From positions 56,048,001-56,112,000 of the forward strand of contig OZ038378.1 in NCBI GenBank assembly GCA_964036045.1: DNA of 64,000 nucleotides, read 5' to 3'. This document shows, one piece after another, positions 38,753 through 51,520 of this stretch. Source of the DNA: Eutreptiella sp. 'Long Island Sound 2002' (lineage: Eukaryota > Protista > Euglenida). The stretch's first letter is position 1. Each line of letters begins with the position of its first letter. Below the pieces are notes generated by a model. That model was not told the origin of the DNA. It saw only the letters and a program-made list of their open reading frames with translations, and did not search any database. Made by a program: the position numbers and the translations under genes.

Positions 38753-39511
38753 TCACCAAATCACCGTGTTCGGTTGTTCCCCGAACGCGTTTCTTTCTGA
38801 GGTTGTTGTTGTGGTTGGGCTGCTGGTGAGGTCCCACCACTCATCAAATTCGCAAAGTCCTCCAATCCCTCTAGTGACGGTGACTGGAGGTGTATTTCCT
38901 TTGTGTGGCGTGACCAACTGTGCACTCTCCTGTTGTGTCAGTTCCTCATCACCATGCGCCGCCGGGACCTCATCACAGGGTGATTGAGCCCTGTTCGTAG
39001 GTGTTGCTTTGGATTCCGTACTGCCACCTACATCAACACCCGGGGGATTGCTGGCAGCCCCCTTCTTGGGCTTTGGCTTAGATGCCTTGGGCTTTGGGTT
39101 TCCCTTGGGCTTGGTATCCACGTCCACCATACTATCCATGCAGCCCTGTTCATCAGGGTAATCAGCTGCATAAGCCATTCCAGCCCTGTCAACGGGCACA
39201 TCCTTGTCCACTTGCGGCAACACACATTCCCAGTAGATTGGGGCCAGAGAGTCAGCCTCTCTTAAAGTACTAGTTGTGAGCTCCATAGTTTCCTTTGGTA
39301 GTTCATCAACGGCAACTTTGAGGAAACCAAATACAACCGCAATTTCCGACTTCAAACGAATGTGCAAATGAATAGCCAGACTTGGGGATTGAGACCCCAA
39401 CAGCACCCAATTTGTCAAATTCATAGGGACTTTCAGAACCTCTAGTACCCATTGAACAGCCCCGGGACACAGGATACTGAGTAATGGGGCTCCACCGAAC
39501 GCGACGTACAT
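38753..39511 (-). CDS. 252-aa hypothetical ORF, probably a transposon accessory gene
   Basis: Open frame preceded by a pyrimidine-rich acceptor (...actatatgtttAG cggccg ATG). Globular-looking N-half and a low-complexity KPKP tail. Confidence 0.4.
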   Translation of the reverse strand: MYVAFGGAPLLSILCPGAVQWVLEVLKVPMNLTNWVLLGSQSPSLAIHLHIRLKSEIAVVFGFLKVAVDELPKETMELTTSTLREADSLAPIYWECVLPQVDKDVPVDRAGMAYAADYPDEQGCMDSMVDVDTKPKGNPKPKASKPKPKKGAASNPPGVDVGGSTESKATPTNRAQSPCDEVPAAHGDEELTQQESAQLVTPHKGNTPPVTVTRGIGGLCEFDEWWDLTSSPTTTTTSERNAFGEQPNTVIW

Positions 39512-41999
39512 CGGCCGCTAAACATATAGTACGAATTGGACAAAATGACGGGGGTGGCGAAATTTCGCTCGAGATTTCTGTATTTTTAGGGTAAAATTTA
39601 CAAGGTGCAATGTACCTTTCTTGGAATCGGAGCCCACGTGACAATTGTCATCACTGATTGCATAATAGTGAAATTCGGACTGTGGTTGCCACTGTTGTAC
39701 ACCATGACACTCACCTCATTCACCCCCTCCTCAACCAGGTCAGTCTACAGGTGACTCATGATGATGCGAACATCAGCCAATTCACCAGCAACCACCAATG
39801 GTTTCCCCATTGAAACATGTCGCACAGCAAGAGGTGGTAGACCCATGGACCCGCCTTTTGGAACCTCAACGACCGCCAGTATGAACGGCAACCCAAAGAC
39901 AGTGGCATTTCAAATGGTAGTGGGATTCAGAAGACAAAGCTGAAAGGGGACCTCACCACCAGTAGCATCTGCACCATAACCTGAAACTGTCTTCAAAAGG
40001 ACCACGTTACCCTCGGAGCTCGCAATGTCAAAAGAATCACGCGGTCTGGCCAGATGGCTCTTGAAGTCTACATCTTCTGAGGATGTTCAAAATTCGGCCT
40101 TGCATATAGAGTCCGAGGGAGGCATAGGCAAGTCGTCAGTATACAACCAGTCTGCACAGCGGAACTTCGGTACACCAATCCCCTTGATATGACGGTGCAG
40201 CGTAGCAATCTCGGAGGTGTTTCCCATTAGCAAGGAAAAATGGGTGTTCACACCATATTGGCAAAGGAGACAAGAAATTTCGCCACAATGAAAGGAATTG
40301 GATGATTTGATAGTGCATTTCACCATGATTGCAGAGCATATCGCGGGATGGTGTGAACCAACTCCTCAGGACAATCAGGATGCATAACAATCCAGCCCCA
40401 TCGCATCTCCCTTTGGCATTCACGTGCCACTTTAGCCAGTCGTGCAACTGTAGCTCGTGGAATCTCCATGTATTTGGCACATTGTTCCAGGAATGGTCCA
40501 ATGAGCCCCTCCAATGGTTTGAATGATCCCATTGCCAAGGGGATCTTCCTTTATCGTCGTCATCTGACACACTACTGGTATCACTGTCACTGTTGACTGC
40601 AAACAAGGCCACCTTAGGGCCGTCCCGGTCATCGCTTGCATTATCCGCACCTGGCTGTTCCCCTCCCCATTTAGATGTTGAACCCTATGCTGCGCTACTG
40701 GTTGCTATGGGCTAGGTTTGGCTGCCGGTTTTGGATTGCTCGGGGCTGGTTTGGCAATGGATGCACCTTGTCTTCGGGGGGAGGGCTGGTTTTGCAACTA
40801 GTGTCCCTGGTTTGGGTTTTGGTTTTGGTTTCGGCTTGGGCGGGCGGGTGATTTGCATCAGTTTCTGGATATACACATTCCGTTGCCCTGCAATTGTTGA
40901 AGGAGGCACCGTTTGCTGTAGAACTATAAGAAGGTCCTCGCTTGGGGTGTTCTTATGAAGCAGGGTCCCCATATATTTGTGGAAGACAGTGAAAAGAAAG
41001 CTACGTGGTGGAACTGCCGCAAATGTTCCGAGAAAATGAAGGTCATCTACACTACGGAACACAACTTCTTCTACAACCCGAAGGGGTGGGGGCTTCCATT
41101 GCACAATGGGCAAGGATGCAACAGAAACACTAAGAATAAATTTCCTCACATTGGAACCATACTGCATCACACACTTATCCGTTAGGGAGCACCGCAGGTT
41201 CTTCCTCCCTGTCACGGTCTCAGTCAACGTTATAAAAATTTCGGAGGTGCCACTGAGAGATGTGATGGTAGTCCAAACCTAGCACCGTGCACACATTGTG
41301 CTCAATATTGCCTCCCCGTATATCTCACTGTGAATAAAACCCGGTGTTCGAGAGTGCCAACGGTGCCATGTCACCAGAGCAGCCACCGATGTCGTGATGT
41401 ACTCCACATTCTCCCACTAATCTGCCACCAATGAAAGCGTAACCAACAAACAGGACTCCAGCACTGCCAAGGCATTCTTCCTACTTCCGTGATATCTACC
41501 ATACTGATTGAAGTCCATCACGAGGACACCAATGCTCAATGCAGTTGGGCAATACTCCTTCAACAACACCTTCAACAACACCTTCAACCCCAAAAGTAGC
41601 TCCTTGCTTTTAGCCTGCACGTCCGTCCGTGGTCCATTCTACGCCGCTATAGCAAATGCATCAAGTTTTGCCCGAACTCTTGGTAGGTAAGTACCAGCAT
41701 TTAGACACAACGCCATTATTGTCTTCTCCATATGAAGAAGCTTCACCTTTGTTGGTACTGCGCCCGTTCCTTGAAATCGGTGTGTACTCTCTCAATCAGA
41801 TAGATAATGGGCATAAAATTGCAGTAAGGCAGAGTGATCATATGCTTGTAGGGGTGCCAAACACCGTAGATGAGGGGGAGGCTTGACCAGTGCAACTGGA
41901 AGTTCCAAGAAATGTAACTCTGCCCATATAGGTACTTCAAGAGCTCATAGTGAATCTTCATATTCCATTGTCTACAAACGCAGCACGCGCAGCACGTGG

Positions 42000-43490
42000 A
42001 CAAGCAAAAAACACACGCATAACGCGCAGAACGCGCAAAATGCGCAGCACGGGATTCCAGGGGCAAACTTCGAAGCAGACTTCCGGCACCCGCAAAAAGC
42101 GTAGCACGCGGAAGACGTCACTATTGCACAGGCGCGCACTTTTGGGGGGCCCCGTCCTCACAGTTTGGGTATCTAGCCTACGCGGTTGTCCCCCAGGGTT
42201 TGCACTGGTCCCATAGGTAGGGATGGCAGAGGCTTGGCGGCCATGAAGCCCACAATTCCACCACGTCCGCCCGCCACCAACTTCTCCTTCCTAAGCTTCG
42301 TCCTCCTCCATGTCCTCGTCTTCTTCCCCGTCACTCTCCTCCTCCTCCCCACTCTCTTCCTCCTCACCCTCCTCCCTCTCCTCCTCACTCTCCTCCTCCG
42401 TGTCATCCTGCCTCTCCTCCGTCTCGCTGCCATCCTCCGAAGCCTCTTCGCTCTCCTCCTCCGAATCCGCCTGTACCAACCCGCTCACCCCATGCGCCAC
42501 GGCAAAGCACCCCACACGGGACCACTTGCCGCACCCACAACAAACGTAGTGGGTCTTGCCCCGGTTGCAATGGTTGCACACCCGGCGGGGGTATAGATGA
42601 CATGACAACGGAGGCCAGCAGGAAATGAGGGTGCTCTGGTCATGGATATCATTGACAGACGGCGGTAATTTATTGTTTTCGGTACCCACTGTACCTAAAT
42701 TATAGCCAGTGCAAAGGGTAATCCAGGAAAATTGCATGTGGTACCTTAAAGCACACATCATAATATTGTCAGCAAAAGATAGTACATCACATTAACAAAG
42801 TCGGGATCATAGACAAAAAATAGTAGCAAATTGATGGTAGGACTGCCTGCAACGTAACAAAACCCTTGACCGGGCAAGCTTGAAACATACAACAAAGCAA
42901 AACCATGCGAAATTTTGCGACCGAGTGCAAAAATGGGAAATCCATTGCTGAGAACGACAATTATGCCACATGTGGCGAAATTTGGCCACTCAATGCAAAA
43001 ACACCTCAATCAAAGGATAGTTTCTCGAACATTACAAAGAAAACAGGTGTGTCAGTCCCATGTTGAAGTATCCAAAGTATCCACAAACCCCCTCTTCATC
43101 CAGAATTGCTACTATATCGTCGCCATCCGACACACTACTGGTATCACTGTCACTGTTGACTACAAACAAGGCCACCTTAGGGCCGTCCCGGTCATCGCTC
43201 GCATTATCCGCACCTGGCTGTTCCCCTCCCCATTTAGATGTTGAACCCTATGCTGCGCTACTGGTTGCTATGGGCTAGGTTTGGCTGCTGGTTTTGGATT
43301 GCTCGGGGCTGGTTTGGCAATTGATGCACCTTGTCTTCGGGGGGAGGGCTCGTTTTGCAACTAGTGTCCCTGGTTTGGGTTTTGGTTTTGGTTTCGGCTT
43401 GGGCGGGCGGGTGATTTGCATCAGTTTCTGGATATACACATTCTGTTGCCCTGCAAATGTTGAAGGAGGCACCGCTTGCTGTAGAAATGT
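42000..43490. repeat. Internal rearrangement: duplicated piggyBac 3' end plus duplicated host-gene tail
   Basis: About 42000-42590 matches 43490-44080, and 43120-43490 matches 40555-40925. Confidence 0.85.
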
Positions 43491-43779
43491 AGCAAAAAAC
43501 ACACGCATAACGCGCAGAACGCGCAAAATGTGCAGCACGGGGTTCCAGGGGCAAACTTCGAAGCAGACTTCCGGCACCCGCAAAAACCGTAGCATGCGGA
43601 GCACATCACTATTGCACACACGCGCACTTTTGGGGGGCCGCGTCCTCACGGTTTGGGTATCTAGCCTACGCGGTTGTCCCCCAGGGTTCGCACTGGTCCC
43701 ATGGGTAAGGATGGCAGAGGCTTGGCGGCCATGAAGTCCGCAATTCCACCACGTCGCCCTCCACCAACTTCTCCTGCCT

Positions 43780-45547
43780 AAGCTTCGTCCTCCTCCATGT
43801 CCTCGTCTTCTTCCCCGTCACTCTCCTCCTCCTCCCCACTCTCTTCCTGTTCAACCTCCTCCCTCTCCTCCTCACTCTCCTCCTCCGTGTCATCCTGCCT
43901 CTCCTCCGTCTCGCTTCCATCCTCCTAAGCCTCTTTGCTGTCCTCCTCCGAATCCGCCTGTACCACCGTGGTCACCCCATGCGCCACGGCAAGGAACGCC
44001 ACACGGGACCACTTGCCGCACCCACAACAAACGTGGTGGGTTTTGCCCCGGTTGCAATGGCTGCACACCCGGCGGCCCGGCATCCGCACCGGCACCTGGA
44101 TAGGCTTGCCCACTGCCGCTTTACAAAGGCGGCGCCGGATAAGGTCCCACTGCCAGTCAAACATGTTACCCGCTCGGGCCCCCCCGAGGGACCGGTAAGT
44201 CGCGTATGCGTTGACCACGGCGTACCGGAGGACAAACGCACACACCGCATGCGACTAGGTCATCTGACGTCCCATCTGGTGCATGTGGAGGGCCATGTGG
44301 TTGACGCCATCCACCCCACGCGATAACTGCCGGTAGCTGGCGACCACCGGGTTCACCTCATTCCCGCTGCGGCGATGCACGGGTCCGGCTTGTGGGAAGT
44401 GGACGTTCGTGAGCATGGGCACTACGCGCGGCGGCTTGTGACCCACATTTGGGTTCTTGAAGACCACCATGGCATACCTCGCGTCGTCCACATTGCACGT
44501 GGCGGTTTGCCCCTCTGCTAGCAGTTCTCCTGCCCTGTCCAACCCCCTTACGTGGAGCGCTTCGACATCATCAATAAGGCGTGCCTCTCCGCAGCGAGGT
44601 CACGCGCTAGTTCGTGCGATCCAAAAAAGGAATCCGCACAGAGGATGGTCCCTAACGGGGGGAGACCTGCCAAGATGGTCATGATCTCCTGGGCATTGAA
44701 GTTGCCTGCACTGTTGCCAAACCGCCGCAGGTGCCCACGTCTGCCCCTGTACAGGTACATGTCCACCACGTACCCACTAGTCGCATCGGCAAGGCAATAG
44801 AGCTTGATGCCGGTTGAGTGGGGCTTGCGGGCGATGAACATCCGTAGTGGGGCGGCACATATGCCTTTGTGCGGCACCATGGACTCATCCCCACATGCCG
44901 CGCCACCCAACCGCCAAGCACCAGCCCACTGCTCGTTACACTCCTCCAGTAGCTCAACAACGTCGGGCAGGATGTTACGGCGCCAGACGTGATCCCCCCC
45001 CTCCCCAAAAAAAACACACACACTGCTGTGTGGTACGTGTCCTGCGTGGTGCCTCTGACTCTGCCTCGGGTGTGCGTGTGGCACGTTCTGCGCGTGTTGC
45101 GCGTTTTTGGTGTTGCCTCGGGTACTGCCTCTGGAGTCTGAATGTACGTGTTCCGTGTCGTGTTGACACACCGCTCTTCCAAAATGCCATTACCCACGAA
45201 TCTTTATGCGGGTGCACTCCCACTGGAGGATGGTCCAGCAAAGATCATGCATCGAGTCGGGCCAGGCCAGACTAAACTGGTCGGGTACCACATGTTGGCT
45301 CCAAGATAGGAATTACAGCGGGCATCCCTCCGAAAGGCGAACGTCTCCCACTTGATCCCCCTAGTACCAAGGTTTGTCCCACTTGATTCATTGGCCCAAT
45401 TGATTCTAGCGTTTGCCCGAATCGAATCTAGCGGTGGCTCCCATTTCCGTAGGTACAACGCCTTCATCCTCCTACTAGGCATGGTACGACCCATGCAAGT
45501 AGATGGCATCTGGGAACGGGACGGCTTGCTATACAACCCCTTCATGG
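43780..45547 (-). pseudogene. piggyBac (PGBD-like) transposase
   Basis: GDESMVPHKG, ARKPHSTGIKLYCLADATSGYV, ADSFFGS and SYRQLSRGVDGVN give the DDD triad. A C-terminal Cys-rich domain (CSHCNRGKTHHVCCGCGKW) is followed by an acidic tail. Frameshifted. Confidence 0.92.
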
Positions 45548-48029
45548 CACAATTACTAAGCCGCAAGGAGTAAGGAGTTGAGCCTCTATTCCCCTACCAC
45601 ACAGCAGAATCAAACGCTTAGAGCGCGTAACACTCGTGACACACGCGGCACACGAAGCACGAAAGGCAAGGTAGAGGCAACGGGACGATACGCTTCTCAC
45701 ATGGAAAACGGTGGGAATGAACAAAACAGATGGTTCCACGACGTCCGGCACTCGCGAAAACCCCCCGGAACAACAAAACTTTATGGATTCATTTTGGACG
45801 AACAAAAAACGTTGATTCCGTTTTGCGCGTGGTAGACAAAGGAATATCCACACAGAGAGGCAAGTCATTTCTAGTTGCCTGCTGCACATGCCGAATCGTA
45901 TTTATATGTTTCAACTGATCGACTTTGGTTACACAACATAGTTGAGACAGCATCGTTGGTTGCCAACGGAGAGATAGCACATTCTGCTGCACAATGTCCA
46001 TCAGAACTCTAACAAAGGTACACTGGATCATGTCAGGAAGAGCATAAACCCACCGAAACGAATCCGCATGACGTAGTTGCAAAGCTTCAACACCTGCCCC
46101 AATCGTCTCGACGGCGTGAATTAGTGAGACATGACCTGAAAAAGGTGGTAGCGCTGGCAGATGCAAGACGGCCACAACTCTGCAATTTATGGAGTGGTCA
46201 CGATGCAGTGGGTCCACTCCATAATTGTTTTTTTCACCCATTTGTCCTACCAAAGCGCCATCTGGTGGTTCTGCATGCACAAGTTCTATAGTAGCCAACA
46301 ATCGGCGTGTCCTCTCGCTCAATGAAATAGGCATCGGTACATCCTGGGATTGTGCATGATGGGCAGCCATCTTTCTCAAAAGTCGCCACAAGCATATCAA
46401 TTGAATTGAGAAAACAGGGGCTTCATCCGTATTCCATAGGCAAACGGCAACCGTGTAAGACCCTTCCGTGAGCGTCTATTTGTTCGCATTGCCGGGGCCT
46501 AGACAGCCAATAACCTTGCAGAGCCCCCATTGGCAACATCCATCATGGGGTGATCACCATTCTGAAACTCACGAATTGCCACAAATTGTCGGAATGGTCA
46601 TAAAATCCATCAAAGGTGCAAATTTCGGTACAAATCAAATCAAATCAACATACACAAATGCAAATACACAATGAGGGCAATAAGTCATCAAATCATGAAG
46701 GAGTGACACAAGTTTCGCGTCTCATTGGAGAAAAAATGAATAAAAAAAGGGTATGATATTGGCTCATTTCAAATGAGTGGCGACATTTTGCCTCAGTTTT
46801 GGAATTTGGCTGATTTGAGGGTTGAAATTGACCATTCGGAATTGGAAGATTGCTATGGATAAAAAATGGCTTTTAAAACACAGCTTGAAAAATTGACTCG
46901 CCCCTCGCCGCATTTCACACCCTAAAAAAACACGCGAGTTCGGGGTAACAAATTCGACTTCTTGAGGGTCCCAAGGCGGGCAATTAAGGCCTCCTAAGCC
47001 GTTGCCCCACCCTCTTCGACCTCACCTGCTGCGCCAGCAATGGTGGGGGCGGGCGGGGGTCATCACCGACAGGTGCCTGTGGCGCGTCATCGACCGGCTC
47101 CGGTGCGCCCATGCCCGCACCATATGCCGGCTTCACCTCCGCGACCTCCTGTAGGGGCAAAGGAGGGAAAGGGAGTAAAACCGGCTCGGAGGCCGGGGCG
47201 TCCCCAGGCGCATCTTCTACCACCTCCCTCCCCTTCTCCTGCACGACACGGGGCAGGGGGGGGGGGATGAATCGGGCAGTGGCGGCGCCGGTGACTCAGT
47301 GAGCGCGTGAGACATCGTGGAAAAAACGTTGTAAATGGGGAGGGGCGCATCCTTGCCCTCCGACGTTGGGGGCGGTGCTGCGAGTGGGGGCGCCGGCATT
47401 GGGGGGAGGGGGGGGGGAGGGCTCAACTCCCCTGGCAATCCCATCAGCCCCGAGGCACTGAAGCTCTCTGCGAGCCCCCACCCACCAGCAGGGCGCTCAC
47501 TGACCCCAAGGGGGGGGAGGTCAACGCCTAATCTAGATCCCCGGGACCACGGACCTCGCCTTTCCCTGTACGTCGCAACTAGCCCGGCTAGGTCGTGGTT
47601 ATCCGGTCCCAAGGCTTACTGGACTCATGACCGACCCAGCACCCCGCGGTGGCACACGCGGATGGGAGGTGCAGCCGTGCCTATGTGTCTGTGGCACGCG
47701 CGTTGTCTTTGTGTGTGGGGCATAGGCTGGAGGGGCAGTGAGGCACGTCGGGTCACACGGGTGCAGCGCGACGAGCCCAGCCCCGGTTCTGCTTGTCTGG
47801 TGGGGGGGGGGGGGGGGCTCTTGGCTTGGCGGCAACCGCCACAGCGGGCCCCGAGGGGGGGGGGGGGGAGATGGCTTGGTCGAATCTCTGCATTCTCTGC
47901 ATTGGCACAACGCGGCACAACGCGTCGTCACCGCGTTTCGGCGGCTGTGGTGTGGCAGCAGGCATGAGGGCCCACCGATGGGAGACACTAGCTGTGGTGT
48001 ACACCCACAACTTCACAGGCATGCGGCGT

Positions 48030-48520
48030 CATAGACAGGGGCAATGCCAGGGTGCTGTCTCCCTCGAGGCACAGCCGTGTGCAAGGCTACGGCAACCCGC
48101 AGGGGAGAAACACCCGTCTGGGTGAGCTAGGCAAGGGCCCAATACAAAGCCGCTAGCGGCGAGAAGATGAGGAGCACAAAGGCTCCATGGTGCCAGTAGA
48201 GGTCTAAAGGTAGGGATACAAGAAGCTGTGTTGCACATCATACACGCCAAGATGGCACACCCCGTACCACGTAAGCTGTGGTCAGGGAGTAGTCCCACGG
48301 CATGTAGCTCTTGGGATCCAACACGGAGACCGCGGGAGGTTGCGGTGGGGACATGGCATGGCGGGCAGAGAGGATACGGTAGCGAGGCCCAGTAGGGTTA
48401 GAAGGTCAGATGAGGTCACAAGAGGCTAGGCCAGGGACCTTACCACGTCCTTCGTAGTGTGCAGCTTAGGGGTTGCACTGAGCACGGTTGCACCAGATGT
48501 ACCCTAGACGCCTAGCATAG
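48030..48520 (-). pseudogene. Possible second tyrosine recombinase fragment
   Basis: Shifted frames give DHSLRGTGCA or LTWYGVCHLG, both HxxR-like, and resemble the YR C-terminal region at 1580-1900. Confidence 0.3.
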
Positions 48521-48849
48521 AATGTCACCATCGTCCGGATAAGTGCCACGCTCCCCACCCCCGTTTTCTTTCCTGGGGTTGCGTTTCCTCCACAGATTCG
48601 GGGACTGACAAGGACTTCCAACTTTTCGGTCTAGGATCCAAAGACGGCCCACATATCATCGCCGACCTCGAGGGCTCCTTTGGGTCGCAAAAGATAGGCT
48701 ATTTTTTCCGCACTCCCGCCGGGGCGCTGCCTACTTTCCTCCGGCAAGAATTTTTCGACGCAAATATTTAAAAAAACCAAAACACCTTAAAACTTTGTTA
48801 CTTCGGGCCCTCCCGAGTAATATCTACAGTGCTTCGCTACCCCCCAAAA

Positions 48850-48930
48850 GTCAGCTGCCCCGGCTACCAAGGCCACGTGTGGCCAATCACATGTCCGCGA
48901 TTGTGTGACAGACCCATGGAGCGCGTGGTT
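48850..48930 (-). pseudogene. Short fragment with the TCDWPHVALVAG (D2) motif of transposase family D
   Basis: Nucleotide match to 60500-60545 and 62330-62375. Confidence 0.55.
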
Positions 48931-49619
48931 CCCCCCACCCCACCCCCTTGTTGGCCCGGTTAGCAGGTTAGCCCTCCATCGCGAATGTTGTTGGTTATCC
49001 TCGGTAACGGTCACACCTTTCGGCTAGCCTAATGAGGGTTATGGTCAATGGCACAGTTATGGTTAGTTCACGATTTGTTCTTCATTAGCACTGCCACCTC
49101 TGTGTGTATGGGAAAGAAATCACCCTCACTCAACAAGTGGGGGTCTGGGGCAGGTGCTGCATCCAAATCACTGGCTGCATAGGCGGCAGGCGGAATGCCA
49201 TGTGCCAAATATTTTCTTGGCAAGTGCAGCCTCCACTTCAGCACTGCTGAAGCTCTCACCACTACTCACCTCGAAAACACTACTTGTATAAGCACTATTG
49301 TCCCTAAATGCCACACGGCCGTCACTCGCACCACCACCATCACTATCCCTGCTGCTACTATTGCCACTACCGCTACTCCTGCTACTCCTACCGTTGGAGG
49401 GTTTCAGTTAGCTGAGCGTCCGATGTCACAACAATCGCCACACGCTGAATCTCGGATTCCCGCTTCGGCTGCACACGAGGGCGCCTCGGCCGGTTCCGCT
49501 TGGAACGAGGCATGAGAGTCAGCATCAAAAAAGATCTCAACCGACGGTGGCACAAAAGGAGGCCGCCGGGACACTCGGTATGCTTCCTGGCTGGCCTTAG
49601 CACCCTTCCGCCTCTTGGG

Positions 49620-51520
49620 AGGCTTGTACTTATGCAAACTCTATAGACCCGGGTCGAGCCGGGCTAGCACAACTGACAGGTCGAAGCGCCATTGGTGTGG
49701 CCTGCTACGCATAGAGCCACAGCTCCCACAGACACAGTACACATCCGTGGCATCTTGGGCAGCCTCGGTGTAACCCAGTCTCACTGACGGTGTGGCACAA
49801 TGCGTGAGCAAAGTGCACTTAGCTGCCTGCACCCAGGTGTCCACCAACCGAAGCAAAAATCTCTGCCATACGGCATTCCCACCAAACACACATTGTTCAA
49901 ATACTAGAGGCCACCATGTACACCGCCAAGACAAGGCACCCCTGCCCTTGGTCTTGGCCTTGCAAAATTTTGTGTACAGCTCGTGCTTCAAGCCATCCTC
50001 AATGGACGGTGTAGGCTCCGTGCTGGTTACGGGGGCGAACCTTTTGGCCACGCGGAGATCCGCCTGCACTGCCTCATCTCCAAAATGGATGGGGAGGCGG
50101 TCTCCTAACCACACATGGCTAAAGCCAAGACCGTAAAGGCTGTTCGTACACCCTTACTCAGCGAACTCGGTGATGAGATGCACCAAGAAAGTGTGCGTGG
50201 CCCCAAGGGCACGCCACAAAGACTGGGTCATGGGCAGGTCAACCGCATATAGCAGCAAAATAATGTGACAGAAAGAAAGAATGCATGAGTGGAACAGACG
50301 GGGTAGCAACATCCAAGTAGCCACGATACTAGCTATCGTGCGTGCTTCGCGGCCAGTCAAACTAATGCTGCCGCGGAAGCGCTTAGACACAAATCTCATG
50401 ACTTGACGGTTGTCACGTGGTAGTCGAGGCGGGACATATCGGCACGCAACAGCACTAATAGCCTCTGAAAACATCAACCGGTCGTCATGGACCAAACATC
50501 GGCGTACGACACCAGCCCAACAGCCCAATCATCCTTTGGAGTTATGCAAGATGGGTTGGTGCACGGTAGCCTCACCATCTCTGCTAACACCAAAAAACTG
50601 ACATTGTTACCCACATTGCCGCACATTGCGGGGCGGATGTAGCAACAATTGTTAACCCAGCAACCCCCTCATGTTGCGTACACCCACAACTCACACACCC
50701 TTTACAACCGGACCCCCCCAAGATGGTGGTTGTCGGCGTTAATGAAACGAAACTGGAGGTTAATGGTGGTGGTGGTGATAACACCTTGGAAAGTGAGGCG
50801 CATTTTGAATTTGGCCCGCTCGTCCACATTCACCTCTCCGTGACGCTAGGGAACCCAAGATTCAAAATCCCCTTTGGGCAGCTGTGGCCAGGTCAGCATG
50901 GCTGTGCTTTGTGGCAAGTCACCAGAATTGGGCATGTAGGGGAACAAGGCTCCAGATTGGTTGATCAACGCAAACTTCATGCTCCCATTTGGGCGACCAC
51001 GCGCTGTGTACCCATCACCGTACAGACGGATTGCGGGATTTACCTCCACACGAGGGAGGGGGGTTATGCGTTTGGCTACAAGCCCCTTATAGTTATTCAG
51101 AAGCTAGGGAGCTAAGGTAGCGATCGGACATTCGACGTCTCCCTATAGATACTGGGGAACATCTCAGCTGCTGCGGCACGCAGCTCCGTCCATGACCATC
51201 CCGGCTCATGGGTTGCCCGCCGCATCTTCCAAAAAAGGGACTTTGACCCTATTCCCTCATTGGCGAAGAACAATAGTTGCTGAGGGGGCCTTTGTGGACG
51301 CCATGGAGGGCCACGTCTTGGACTCTGCGACCAGAGCCAAGCGGCGACGAACAATATTTGCCTTTACCTTTTTCTGCACGGCACCATCGAGGTCCTTGGC
51401 GAAGAGGGCGTGCTGTGAGGGGAAGTGGGTGATGAAGGCATTCACCCAGGTCTCGATCGCGGGGATGGGGGTGACAAGGAGGAAGGCCTCCAAACGGGTC
51501 ACGGAGCCGCGGACATAGAA
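49620..51520 (-). pseudogene. RAG1/Transib/Chapaev-like DDE transposase, copy B
   Basis: IRLYGDG (D1, about 51015), PYMPNS, FINADNHH...GCKGCVSCGC (D2 + Cys), SISLTGREARTI, SHVWLG...HFGDEAVQADLRVAKRF (E region, about 50070), and C-terminal YCVCGSCG. Confidence 0.6.

Larger units (their letters stand above)
41964..45843 (-). mobile_element. piggyBac-like element with ATAT target-site duplication
   Basis: TIRs tccattgtctac / gtagacaaagga, with ATAT at 41960-41963 and 45844-45847. Excision leaving one ATAT restores the host frame VDMK. Confidence 0.85.
40136..46560 (-). pseudogene. Unclassified DDE-type (Academ/DUF6589-like) transposase gene interrupted by piggyBac
   Basis: Motifs in order: NNYGVDP...SINCRVVAVL, LPLCVD|MKIHYELLKYLYG (rejoined across the insertion), LIYGVWHPYKH, KLLHMEK, LLKEYCP, PGFIHSEIYGEAILS, then a low-complexity acidic tail. 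Stops are mostly TAG. Confidence 0.55.

Noticed and set aside
45000-45170. Intron in the piggyBac gene
   Set aside because: The donor and acceptor are unconvincing, and a frameshifted coding region explains it equally well.
46463-46486. Resemblance to the Euglena spliced leader (ttccgtgagcgtctatttgttcg)
   Set aside because: Several mismatches, no GT donor follows, and it lies antisense within a coding relic; likely chance.
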